From Octopus sinensis (Eukaryota), in the NCBI RefSeq assembly GCF_006345805.1, contig NW_021831991.1, positions 1 to 64,000 on the forward strand: a DNA stretch of 64,000 bases, given 5' to 3'. This document shows positions 40,665-53,035 of this stretch, piece by piece. Each line of letters opens with the position of its first letter. Position 1 is the first letter of the stretch. Under the pieces are notes generated by a model. The model was not told the origin of the DNA and searched no databases. It saw nothing but the letters and a program-made list of their open reading frames with translations. A program made the translations under genes and the position numbers.

Positions 40665-40725
40665 ATAAATTTTTTTGATAAGGTTCGTTTTTTCAAGAAC
40701 CGAAACATGTAAAATTGAAATTTAT
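40665..40725 (+). ncRNA. Minimal type I hammerhead ribozyme (U3-A8 core variant) at the Penelope 3' end
   Basis: Core ttgataa (40675-81); stem II ggttc/gaacc; gaaa (40702-05); palindromic stem III acatgt; UA cleavage site (40710-11); AT-rich bulged stem I ataaattt/aaatttat. Folded by eye. Confidence 0.7.
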
Positions 40726-40757
40726 CTAATATAGTGGCGTTTTCAAACTTCTTTTTT

Positions 40758-40803
<46 letters not shown>

Positions 40804-40902
40804 TAAAGGCGTGATCTAGAGATGTATATATTACATGAGAGTATCTGTGAATGTATGTGTGCTTGTGTGTGACTCGCCTATTATCTCTCTACTTGAATGT
40901 TT

Positions 40903-41616
40903 AATTTTATTATTTATGTCTTCCTGTAAAGGTATGTGCTACAATACACTTGTTTGTCTTAATATTAACTCTCAATCTGGCCATGTCTATATATCATTAC
41001 TTTGCATCATTTAAAATACTGGTTTGACAGACAGGGTGTCTAAACTTTGCACGTTCGTTTCGACCTGCTAGAAATAGAAACCGAGTCTCCCTGGTACAAA
41101 TCGCCGTTCTGTATCTCTTAATATTTTCACCATTGTATAACTGATACCTGCGGTTTTGTCTGTTTCGTACGCTGCATTTGTCATACTATTCTCTTTTCAT
41201 ATCTTTCTCTGTAATAGGCTCTGAATTGCAGCTTTTGACTTTGAGGACTCATAACACTTACATTAGCGAGAACCAAAGCCTGAAGATATGAGATTCGATG
41301 TCAAGTATTAGTAATGCATTTAATCATTCTTCTAATGAGACAATAATCTTTAATGGACTTGAAATTATTAAAAGAATTCTTCCCTCTGTTCTGTCAGCTG
41401 ATACATTTGTCTTAGCGATTTGTACCAGGGAGACTCGGTTTCTATTTCTAGCAGGTCGAAACGAACGTGCAAAGTTTAGACACCCTGTCTGTCAAACCAG
41501 TATTTTAAATGATGCAAAGTAATGATATATAGACATGGCCAGATTGAGAGTTAATATTAAGACAAACAAGTGTATTGTAGCACATACCTTTACAGGAAGA
41601 CATAAATAATAAAATT
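40903..41616. repeat. Long inverted repeat: 202-bp arms (40903-41104 / 41415-41616), 310-bp spacer
   Basis: Arms appear to be exact reverse complements by eye. No TSD seen. Confidence 0.92.
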
Positions 41617-44156
41617 GGCTGGCTGGTTAATCTTTTTTGTGGATTTCCTTTCCACTCACAGACTTTTACTGGCAATAAGCCTCTTTCTGAACCACTCATT
41701 CATATTTAATCTCTGTATCGTCCTATCTTTACTATAGACATTGAACACTGTGAGCTGGCTGAATCGTTAGCACACTGGTAGAAATGCTTAGCGGCTTTTT
41801 ACCCGTCTTTACGCTCTGAGTTTCAATTCCTCAGATTTCGATTTTAGGTTTGATCCTTCGTGGTCGATCAAATATATACTAGTTAAGCACTGGAATAGAT
41901 TTAATTGACCTATCTCTCTCCTGAACTTGTGGGTTAGTGCCAAAATTTGAATGTGTTATGATAGATAGTGAATACGGCGATCCGATATTAATCGTTCTCG
42001 CTCTGGACAAAATGCTCACAGACATTTCATCAGGCTTTATTCTCGAATTAAAATATCGCTGTGATCGATTTTGTCCTTCATCTTTTCTGGCTCGACAAAA
42101 TAAGTCTCAGTTAAACACTGGGATCAATGTAATCGACTTATACACTTCTCTAAAATTACTCGACTTATACTACAATTTGAAACCATTACTGTAGAAATTT
42201 AATATGAATGATACAATTTTGAGTAGATAATAATCTTCATTTAATATTAAAATTTTTAGTGACGTTTAATTTTCCTCTGTCTATTCTTCCAAAACCTTGG
42301 CTCATTGCCGTGAATTGTTTAACTATTCGCATAGTAAGCACAGAAATGCTATTTGCAGACCAAAAGAAATTATATCTGGAAATAATTCATTATGATAAGA
42401 CAGTAAAAAAATCTCCCATCATAATGACATGCATTCCCTAGAAACCCACTTCTAAATCCCGCCTATAAACCATCTTCAACAATTAGGAATCCCAGCTGCA
42501 CACGTTTTTCTTGCAGCTGTTGTGTTGCAGTTGTTTTAAAGGAAGATAAACAGCATCAATCGAAAAGGGTCTCAAAGTATGGTGAAGGCTGTACGATGAG
42601 CAAAATTTCCATTCCAATACTCATACACTAACATTAATTATTCTTTCACAAACATTTATCCTTTCACTGATGTAAAAATTTAGTCCGCGTGGACTCTCCT
42701 AATCAATTATACAGATCCTACACTTATTTCAGTTAAGCATACATTTATTGATCATTGTTTCTCAAATTGATGTTCCTCTTTTGATATAACACAATGAAAC
42801 TCAACACCTTGGTGAAAATAAGAACGAGCGCCGATCCATTCACGCATCTATCCCTGTATGCTTATACACACACATTTACATATCGTGAAATGGGGTTACT
42901 TTGAACCGTTTTAGACTTTTTATTGCTATAATTTCATAACCTTTTCTTCAATCTTAACAAAATTTGACTATGTTAAACTTATATATGAAATAAAAATAAG
43001 TTGCAGTCAATATTTGATTACTTTTTCTTATATAATTGTCGCTGTTCAATGTAACCACGAATCAGTAGTATATTTTTGCTTATGTTCAAAGTTACTCTTA
43101 TTAGTCGATCCAAACTACAAGTTGATCCTAAAATAAACAAATTATGGTTTAAAGAATTAGACTTTGCAACAGAAAGAAAAACTGATTCTGGTTATCAAGC
43201 CATAATAAGAAAAAAAGGAAAAATTTGGGGTTACACCTCATTAATTCTAAGGGTGAAATATTGTCCATAAATAGCAAAAGCATCAAAAAATCTTAAATAC
43301 CTAACTTATATTGGGCACTATTAGTTTGACCCGTAGTAGCAGCTTGCTTACTGCCGGAAATAATGATCGGGATAACTTTGAAAGGCATGTAGTACAAGTT
43401 TTTACAAAGATACCAAAGTTATAAAAACACTTCAATAGAAAATTATTAACTAGTTATATTAACTAGTTATATTGTTACAAAAGCTTGTACCTTTTATGCA
43501 AGAAGGGCTTCAACTGAAATTTGCTGGGAGTTGAAGGAGTTGACAAATTCTTTCTTTGAGTAGATAATCAAAGTTGCAGCCCTAGTTTTAAATTCTTTTG
43601 ATTTTGAAAACTATTAAATCTGGTTTTCTTGCTTCAGTATCTATCCGCTATCTCCCAATAAGTGTTTCAATCCTAAGTGGTATACATCATAAAGGTTTCA
43701 AAAGTGAATTATTTAAATGTATAAATTTATTACATATCTTGTTGTTGCGTTTTATTTTTATTGTTTCGTATTGTTTTTGTGTTGTTTTTGTTTAGCACTA
43801 TTCGACCAAAATACCAGCAGCTGTGACAGTTGTGTCGTATTTGCAGTCCTAATGCATTTAGAACTATATTACCCAATGAGTCTTTCTATTTCTGAAGGAC
43901 AGTAGGGTCTAATTATAAAGAGAACATCTCCTATATGTAGCAAGTGGAATGACCATCAAGAGAATCCATCGTTAGAAATCCAATAGTGCAATGCATATTT
44001 ATACGTTATGAAAGGAATCTGTGCATATTTACAGAATAGCGAATATACAATATTATTTATATTGATGAACCAAAAAATGGATAAAAAGTCCTTGCTGAGC
44101 CATTGGCTCTATCATACTGGTTTCCTCAGATTTTGCATATATATAGCCCTCTGCCG

Positions 44157-44259
<103 letters not shown>

Positions 44260-44769
44260 GTTGAGGGGACTGGAGAAACGTGATATGAAATGTTTAGCTC
44301 AAAACAAATAACGCTTTGCTCATTCGAGGTATCGCAACCACACCCTTAAAATCATTCGTGCAATACCACAATTGCTAAGCCACGTGTCTCCATACATCAG
44401 CGTATATGAAAACGAATATGTATACAAATTATGTAAATAGAAACATTGCATGTATGGATGTAGCTACCTTTGTTTGTATTATCATTCGAGAGTAAATGAC
44501 AATGGTAGCTAATGAATTTACTAGTTTAAGGCTTAAATTCCCAAGATTTTAATTTCACTCAGAGCATTACTGGTTTTGGAATCATGTCGTGAACTTCATT
44601 TCCATATGTGTTACTAAATGTCTGTAGATATTGACAAAAGAACAATTGTAATCTTTTCATCCTCTGTATCGAAGTAAAGTGATTGAACCTGTTTTAATTA
44701 GGTAGTTGTAAACAGGCTTGTTTAAGGTAGGGTATTATTACATATTCACAATACATACAAATTGTAACA

Positions 44770-45002
44770 TTATACTGAATCAGTCTGGTCAATTTCATCT
44801 TTAAGTTTCTCGGTTTCCTCATCTACTTCAATAACCTTCTTGGGTGGTAGTATGGCTAATTTCCCAAAAACGGATTGATGTTTGTTTAAAAAGTTTTGGA
44901 TGCTTGGGAATTCGTAAACAATTTCACCAGTATGGTAGTTTGGAGATTCAGTGGTATCTGTCTCAGGTAGTAAATGTTGCATCCCACGTTCAGTCAGTGT
45001 AC
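44770..45002 (-). CDS. SLC23: SLC23/NAT family transporter, terminal coding exon
   Basis: Acceptor tttacag|gt; (G)TLTERGMQHLLP...YEFPSIQNFLNK...LAILPPKK...DSV*. Matches the GT.EERG C-terminal pattern of the family. Phase 1. Symbol is family-level only. Confidence 0.85.
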
Positions 45003-45780
45003 CTGTAAATATTTTAAGAATGTCAGCTTTGAAAATAATAAATTAATATATACTCACGATTTAAATTTACAAATGTTTCCTTGCTCATTTATCAATTTTA
45101 ATTTATAAATTATATTATGAATATATACTAAATATTTATTATTCAGAATATTAAAACAATAAAATAACTGTGCATTGAAATACAAAGGAATGTCAGATAA
45201 ATTAGCCGAGAATAAAATATGCACATGTAAAAGTATCGAATTGAATATGTATGTTAATCTGAAAGAAATACTCGAGTATCATCTTAATTTAACTCATCCA
45301 TAAAATGTAATCAGATGAACGATAAATATCTCACTGGGTAGGTTATTAGGGTACTGTAGGTTTCAATGAATATGGTGGATATTTCTTCAGCCCGGTAGAC
45401 ATAAGTAAGTTGTTAAGAAGATAAATGGAAAAATATATGATATAAACAAATAATTTTTGTTCAGAAGATCCGATATCTTGTACATACAGACAATCATTTT
45501 GACCTCCATTAGAAAGTGAAATTCAAACACATCAAAACGCTAACATTTCCAAGAGTACATTTTTAAACTATGGCACCCGTTACATACAACATCTGTTACA
45601 ATAGCCCAAATACATATACTTAAAGGTGAATATCATGTGAGCAAGCTGACAGAGTGTTTAATACTAGCCAAACGATCGGTGACCTATGTTAGTACTAATG
45701 ATCTGTGTCCAGGTTCAAGATACTGATATGTCAATGGACAACTCAAGAACTTTAAATCTGATATTTATCCTAACGGCCTA

Positions 45781-46008
45781 TTTCGGTGAACCGCCAAGTT
45801 ACAGGGACATAAACGCACTAACACCGGTTGTCAAGAAGTGATGGGACACAAACATACACAAACAAAGACACAAACAGACAAACATAAATATATGGTTTCC
45901 TTTCAGTTTCCATCTTCCAAGTCCACTCACAAGGCTTTGATTGGTCCTAGACTATTGTAGAAGACACTTGCTCAAGGTGTCACGCATTAGGACTAAACCC
46001 GGAACCTC
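45781..46008 (-). mobile_element. SINE family A, degenerate
   Basis: ccactcacaaggctttg...gaagacacttgctcaaggtgtcacgc plus a partial tail. Confidence 0.7.
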
Positions 46009-47229
46009 GGTAGGAAAGAGATAAAAGTGAATAAGTTACCATTCAAAAAGAAAGACACATTGCGAAACATAAATACACTTCAGTACATTGGCAATTCCGA
46101 AGAAAGATTTTGTTTAATATAATTTGTCTATTTATTACAATCAGTACTATCTAATGCTTTACGGATCTTAGAATACGGACACAATCTAAAGCTACAAAAG
46201 TTTTAAATCATATGTACATAAGGACTGTAATGGAAATTATCCCCTCATAAAAGTGGTTGTAATAGGAGAAGGCTCTGGAGAGGTTATAAAACAGTATTCA
46301 CCGACGAGACATTTGATTGTATTGAATTCTGAAGTCCAGTGCAAATACTGTATTTATTAGCTTTCCATTTTCAAAAGAGAATAACATTAAGCTGATAACA
46401 TATCTCTCAATTTTCTGAGGTATTGGTTAAATCATTGATATTTCTTACTCTCAATATTTTCTTCCTAAATATTAACAAAATATTATCTATCCTTTCTCAA
46501 CATACGAAGCCTTACAACCTATAAAGTATTTTACTATCACTGCGAAACAATGTAAGCGTTAAAAGAACACTAAATATAATCTTCTGGAATAATCTATAAG
46601 CAAATCTAGAATCTTGGTTTCAAGCTGAAAGTAACAGAGAAAACGAAACAGAATATAAAAATTAGTGTTCTAATTATTTCTATAGTTTTAAGTATCGGAA
46701 ATAACCACGGTCAATTTTAAGGTGGTAATTAAAAACATGCTAAGAGTTAGCTAATACTATTTCTTGGCAGCGCTGATCAACGGGAACAACTTCGAAGTCG
46801 AGTAACTTAATAAGCTGCATAGCCGGAAGTATAACTTTTACATTTTGCTTGATATCTTTTTTACTCAGATAATTAAATTAGTAAATAGTAAATGGTAACT
46901 TTATAGGGTTATTATCGCATGAAACTGCTATAGTAATTCAGCTTCTGGAAAATAACGAAATTTTTCAGAGCTAGTTTTTCAAGTAGTTTATCTTATCATA
47001 AACGTAGCAAGCTAAGTGAAATATCTGTTTGAATTACAATCTGTCTTGGTCTAAGAATCTTCCTTTGTTGAATAATTTAAATCTTATCAACAATGAAAGA
47101 ATACCTTTATAGGCAATCAGCTCCTTTGTAAGGAAATAGACAATTCCTTATGAAGCAGTGCGCCGCTTTAGATTTAATATTACTAGGAGTGAATCCTAAA
47201 CAATCACAGACGCTGATGACAACTTTTTG

Positions 47230-47850
47230 TTTAATATATCTGTGTTTAGCCCATTCTGGGTAGTAAAGAAATCGCTATTTCGCCTGTCTAATCTTCTGGG
47301 TTCAATTTCCGCCGAGATCGGCTTTGCCTTTCATCCTTTCGGGGTCGATAAATTAAGTACCAGTTGCGCACTGGGGTCGATCAAATCGACTGAGCCCCAA
47401 TTCCCCCAAAATTCGGGCCTTGTGCCTAGAGTAGAAAAGAATATCTAAGGCGGCGAGCTGGCAGAAACGTTAGCACGCCGGGAGAGATGCTTTGCGGTAT
47501 TTCGTCTGCCGCTACGTTCTGAGTTCAAATTCTGCCAAGGTCGACTTTGCCTTTCATCTTTTCGGGGTCGTTTAAATAAGTGCCAGTTACGCACTGGGGT
47601 CGATATAATCGACTTAATCCGTTTGTCTGTCCTTGTTTGTCCTCTCTGTGTTTAACCCCTTGTGGGTAGTAAAGAAATAGTTATTTCATATGTCTTAACG
47701 TTCTGAGATTCAAATTCTGCCGTGGTCGACTTTGCCTTTCATCTTTTCGTGGTCGATAAATTAAGTACCAATTACGTACTGGTGTCGATCTAATTCACTA
47801 GCCCCTCCCCCAAATTTTCGAGTCTTGTGTCTAGAGTAGAAAAGAATATT
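47230..47850 (+). mobile_element. Two tandem SINE family B copies (5'-truncated 47230-47445; full dimer 47446-47850)
   Basis: The core gcctttcatc(c/t)tttcg(g/t)ggtcg occurs three times. Both copies end in ctagagtagaaaagaatat. Confidence 0.8.
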
Positions 47851-48528
47851 TTGTTTAATATCTGCGGGCATATTAAATGAAATTGTCTTTTCTAGATATA
47901 ACAATAAAACTTCTGCGATGGATTTGAAATGCCGAATTATCACGCTTGTGCCTCATTTATTCTTGTTCTTTTTAACCTACTGATGAAGACATCAGCTATA
48001 ATGACAGGTAATTTCGCTGAAAGCTACAAATTCAAATTTCATCTGTGTGCCACGTAAACCGAAATACAGCAAGCCTGTCATGGGAGAACGGAAGTCAAAT
48101 TACTTAAGACCTAAACATAACGACACATGGCTCACTTAATGTGGATACATTTATTACCGAAATATTTCGACCTTTGAAAAATATACTAAACTAAAACCAT
48201 CTTGTCGAACATACTTGCTGGTTAACCAAGAGATGTTCTTGTTCTCTGTACAAAGTACTCCCACTACTTGTAGGTGGCAGCTACTCCACAGTATGCGTTT
48301 TTATCGTGAGTGTTTCACGGGCCCAATACAGGTTACAAAATATAAATTACCGACATTAATAATAAGTCGGATAACATTATCTCCGCACAAGTTAAAACAA
48401 TAAAAAAAAATTTCGCTTTCGCTGTATCACAGTATAGTTTCAGTGATGAGATTTTAACATGCTCATTATAGACAAGTGAATTGACTGAAGCTATTGAGTT
48501 ATAGACGTTTAATAATTTATATACATAC

Positions 48529-48624
48529 CTGGTATCGTGTTGTCTAAGAAGATAGCCGATAATGTTCCAACAAAGGTTTGAGTTCCCAGAACAATTTTTA
48601 ATACTTGATCTAGCTCAAAATTAC
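48529..48624 (-). CDS. SLC23: SLC23/NAT family transporter exon (96 bp)
   Basis: ttttgtag|gt aat ttt gag...ata cca g|gtatgt; (G)NFELDQVLKIVLGTQTFVGTLSAIFLDNTIP(G). Phase 1 to phase 1. Confidence 0.9.
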
Positions 48625-48831
48625 CTACAAAACGAATTGAAAAATAAGCAAGCACGCATTATCACTTGAAGTAAATGAATGTAATTACAATGACTTTAAA
48701 CATCTAGAACATACGCCACTCTCCGATATTTTTCGAATTTTCAGTATTATCTCTGGCATTGAGCGAAGTTCACTGTTAAAAGTATTTTGGACAGATTTGG
48801 ATTTAATTTCATAATTTTCTGGTACACGTAA

Positions 48832-48990
48832 GGCGGCGAGTTGGTAAATCGTTGGCGTGCCGGACAAACTGATTAGCAGCATTTTTGTCGGCTTTAAGTT
48901 CTCGGTTCAAATGCTACCGAGGTAGACTTTGAGATTTCGATCCATCCGGAGTCGGTAAAATAAGTACCAGTTGATGTAATCGACATACCC
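48832..48990 (+). mobile_element. SINE family B, degenerate monomer
   Basis: aaggcggcgagttggtaaatcgttggcgtgccgg...ggtaaaataagtaccag. Confidence 0.6.
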
Positions 48991-50033
48991 TCTTCCTTAA
49001 GATCGTTGGTATTGCGCAGTTAGTTTCTAGTACACATGTTGGATGATTATGTTTATCTACTGAATTCATTGCGAAATTCGTCCTGCTGTCTACATTTATC
49101 TAGAAAGAGAAAACAGTTTTCCTTCGTCAGGTCAAAATAGCACAACAGATCGTGTTGGCGACGTAACTGAAGATAAACACATTTCTATTTGGCCAGCCTT
49201 TCATCTTTGAAAGGTTGGTGATAGTGAACAACATTACCTGAATTAAAGGGTATCTTTCTTATGCACCTGTTGGGCAAGAAATAAACCCTAAGAGAGGGAA
49301 CTTCCTCTGGTCTGGTTAATAAAAAATCAGAGAAGTCCCTTGGTTTACCCCTGGCAATGGTTCCTGTAGAAGAGTATTTCCTTTCTTGATATTTTTCTTA
49401 TCATTGTGTGATTTTTCTTCTTCTAAGACCCCGCATTCTTTGTATCTTTGATTTGTATTGCTCTCATTGTTTCTCTGGCTAAAAGATAAATCCTCATCAT
49501 TATCATTATTGTTGTTGGTAGTGATGTTGTATTTGTCACTGTTGTTGTTGTTGTTGTTGTTGTTAAAAACAATGGATGGAGGGTTTCATAGCTTAGTGAA
49601 AATATATTTTAACTCATTAAATATTGTTCGTTTACAATCTAAGTTCAAATTCTGGCGTGTTGAGTTTGCCTGCCTTCCTTCTAGTGTTGATAAATACTAG
49701 TCATCTAGTGGCATCCATATAGTTACTTGTACGTCTTCCCAATTTTAGCGCCAATTTTCGACATTTTTATTATACTTCATCTGAGAGTCTGAATAAAAAA
49801 TATTGTTTCCTAAACTTGATTTTCCTCAGAAATTCTGGACAGATACAGTCACATAAAGAGAAAAGATCACATCACTGTCTCTTGCTTTAATAGCTCTTGA
49901 GAAACAACCTCAGCAGGATTCCAATTTAGGACTTAAATGAATAACTAAATAATACATAGTATCTTGTCTGATGCCCTACAATTTATGCTAATCCATTTCA
50001 CCTTTGAATGAAAAACGTCAATTAGATTCTTAC

Positions 50034-50304
50034 CTGTATTGATGTCATTTGGATATGTGTAAAGCCATGATGAAGAAACCCAACTCAGACCCAATGAAGT
50101 TCCAATAATCAATGTATTGCGTGCGTTTAAAGCTGTCTTTTGCAGATTGGTGAGACCTACTGATAACATCATAGTAAGCCCAGTGAAATTGATGGCTCCC
50201 ACTACAGGATCTGGAATTGTAGCTAAAGAAGCAGCCACTTTACCCAATATCGCCATGATGATAAGCAAAACACCTGCTATGTTCAATACAATACGACTTG
50301 CAAC
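50034..50304 (-). CDS. SLC23: SLC23/NAT family transporter exon (271 bp)
   Basis: ttttag|gttgca...aatacag|gtaaga; VASRIVLNIAGVLLIIMAILGKVAASLATIPDPVVG...SVGLTNLQ...NARNTLIIG...INT(G). Aligns from memory with SVCT VGSRRV...PDPILGG...AVGLSNLQ...INTG. Confidence 0.93.
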
Positions 50305-50648
50305 CTAAAATATAGATTAGAGAAAAAAGTTTGGATTGGTTCGTTGTGAGAAAGAAATATAATGACATACTTGCTACAATACTGTGTGCCAGTGTAAAAG
50401 AATTTTGATAAACTATATCTAATTTACAACAGAATCCACTGAAACTGGAACTCTGTGCCTAGCTGCAGAAATTTATATATACTTTTTCAGTACAAATTAC
50501 TTTCTAATGTGGCACAAAAGATTCTACTGGCCGGTTAGAAAAATGGTGACACAAAATGCATGTTGGTGTCTATTATTGAATATGCAATTTCAACTTTTAA
50601 GCTAAGATATAGTTTTCAAAGGAAGTATAATTTTAAATGAGCAGATTA

Positions 50649-51524
50649 GGATCTTTTCCTTTTGATGGGCAACTCGATTAGTTAACTTTGTTTAACTAAA
50701 CACTTTGAAACTTCGGATGCTAGTAGAATGTGTCATATAGAATATCTTTTACTCCTTTTGTCCCTGTTATTTATGACATATTTCATCTCAGTTACGTTCG
50801 TATGAACAACGAGTGCATCTGAAGTACGTTTACTTCATGACACCACTATAATCATTCGTGCATTTCTACTGCTTTTAGATTCTTTTTTTCCTGTTTTTCA
50901 GCTACTGTTTTTGGAAAGACTTCCTCCCGTCCCCATCCCCATTTTCTCGCAAATAATTGTTTTTTATATTATTTATTTATTTATTTGCCAAACACTCAGC
51001 CTTTTGGATACGGAGATTGCGAAAATTACCAAAAATCGGAATTTTGAAATTTTTTACCTTCCTTAATCCTCCCCTGCAATTTCTTCATTTTTCACTTTTT
51101 TGCGTAACCCTAACCCTAACCCTAAAACCGTAACCGTATCCGTATCCATAACCCTCACCCTAAAACCCTAAACCTAACCCATACTAACCGTAAGTAGAAA
51201 AATTGTAAATTTTTTAAAAGCTAAAACCAGTACAAACGCACGAACGATGCCATACATAACAGTGACAAACGAAATATACACTGCCGGAAGTTGTTGACAA
51301 ATAACAGCAGTAATTTTATTCAGTTGAATACACGTCATTGATTGATTGAATTTACCGAAATACAACAACTTTAACACGAAATAACTTCGTAAATAGAAAC
51401 TTTTCTCAACAACGCTAAGAGTAAAATATGTTCTATATGACACATTCTACCAGTATACGAAGTTTCAAGTTGTTTAGTTAAAGAAAATTAACTAATCGAG
51501 CTGCCCTTGAAAAGGAAGAGATCC
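50649..51524. mobile_element. MITE-like element with imperfect TIRs of about 106 bp and an internal degenerate (TAACCC)n array
   Basis: 50649-50754 is the imperfect reverse complement of 51419-51524. Telomere-like repeats lie at 51105-51190. Confidence 0.65.
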
Positions 51525-52227
51525 GGAGATTAGGCCGCAATGTCTAGGCTTTCTCGTTGGTTCACACAGAGATAGTTGAGAGGCTTGGAATGCATTCCTG
51601 TTGGAGTTCAATTACTATGTGTCATGCTCATTTCATTTTCAAAGATTTATTTACTGGTATTTAATTTTATGAAAACTACTCAGACAGCATTTTATAACAT
51701 GTCTGATGATTTCACCCAATACTCAGACTTTGCCTACAGTGCACAACACTCTAAAACAGGCCGATATAATAAGAGAAAATTCGTGAAAAAGGCAGAAGGT
51801 AGATGTAAAAAGAGAAAGGTTGAAAACACCGGGAAACGAAAAAAAAAGTTATGATAAGACTGAATGGATAGGGGCCTTGAGTCTGTGGTACAGCTGGTCA
51901 ATCCGGTGAGGGTGGTATTTTCCAATTTGCCACGAGGAAATTATCTGTATGTTTACATCTTACTGAATATATCAGCTTTGGAATTCAGCATTCTGGTGGA
52001 ATTCTTAGCTCTGAAAAGGAACTGTGATCTTTCAGCTACGCATAGCTTACATTATTTGATCCAGTCTGTCTTTGTTCACTCAATTGTTGATTTAGATTTA
52101 GTCGCTCTTATTAGAGCGTATATTATTATAAAAGAAAATAATACATAATTACAGTTTTGTATGTATGTATGTATGTATGTATGTATGTATGTATGTATGT
52201 ATGTATGCATGTATGCATGTATGTATG

Positions 52228-52331
<104 letters not shown>

Positions 52332-52521
52332 ATATATATATGTATATATAAATTAGTTGTTATCGCCATATTAATATGGCAGTCTTATAGATATAAGACT
52401 AAAGCTGTCGCTGATTAGCTCCATGAGGCCATCGCCTTAAGCTAGCTATTTGACACACAAACTGTGTCCATTATAACCTTCGAACAAGGGAGGTCAGCCG
52501 CTTCACACTGCCAGTCAGACA

Positions 52522-52564
52522 GCTACAGACGCGTTTCAGGGTATTTGCCCTTTGTCAATGTAGC
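52522..52564 (-). ncRNA. Minimal type I hammerhead ribozyme (U3-A8 variant), sense to the SLC23 pre-mRNA
   Basis: Minus strand gctaca-ttgacaa-aggg caaata ccct-gaaa-cgcg-tc-tgtagc. Confidence 0.82.
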
Positions 52565-52767
52565 TTTAGTCTTATATCTATAAGACTGCCATATTAATAT
52601 GGCGATAACAATTAATTTCCAGTAACGCTGCCGTAATCTCTTTTAGAGAGACTTAGTAATTTTAATATTTCTATAATTGAAAACAGGTGAATGTATTCCA
52701 CCGAAACTAGGTAAATAAAACCTTCGAACAGAGACGATCAGTGGCGACACCTGCTGGGTCTGACTAC

Positions 52768-52810
52768 GCTACATTGACAAAGGGCAAATACCCTGAAACG
52801 CGTCTGTAGC
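52768..52810 (+). ncRNA. Minimal type I hammerhead ribozyme (U3-A8 variant)
   Basis: Stem I gctaca/tgtagc; core ttgacaa; stem II aggg/ccct; gaaa; palindromic stem III acgcgt; GUC cleavage triplet (52802-04). Confidence 0.82.
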
Positions 52811-53035
52811 TGTCTGACTGGCAGTGTGAAACGGCTGACCTCCCTTGTTCGAAGGTTATAATGGACATAGTTTGTGTGTCAAATAGCTAGCTTAAGGCGA
52901 TGGTCTCATGGAGCTAATCAGCGACAGCTTTAGTCTTATATCTATAAGACTGCCATATTAATATGGTGATAACAATTAATTTCCAGTAACGCTGCTGTAA
53001 TCTCTTTTAGAAAGACTTAGTAATTTTAATATTTC

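Larger units (their letters stand above)
37363..40761 (+). mobile_element. Penelope-like retroelement (RT + GIY-YIG), 5' truncated, inserted in (TA)n
   Basis: IINLSN...SKGLKFTPTP; KEADKGNAVV; FYGIPKVHK; LRPII; SFDVVNLYSNIP; AMGT..APSFA; RYLDDCF; LPFLDILI; LIYVLTCAGCNRQYIG. Both boundaries are defined by the empty paralogous site at about 29215-29293. Confidence 0.92.
34328..40824 (+). repeat. Local segmental duplication, copy 2 (interrupted by the Penelope-like insertion)
   Basis: Homology to 26949-29293 stops at the (TA)n run near 37362 and resumes at 40762-40824 (tatatacagtaaaggcgtgatctagagatg). Confidence 0.88.

Noticed and set aside
47975-48040. ctgatga...gaaagcta hammerhead-like motif
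   Set aside because: Stems I and II cannot be formed.
51105-51190. Interstitial telomere from a chromosome fusion
   Set aside because: Short, degenerate, single orientation and enclosed by TIRs. Better explained as transposon cargo.
52677-52712. Second, degenerate hammerhead in the pLTR spacer (ttgaaaa-ca-ggtg...cacc-gaaa-ctag-g)
   Set aside because: Extra bases before stem II, no U16.1 and a weak stem I. It may be a decayed partner, but I cannot support it.
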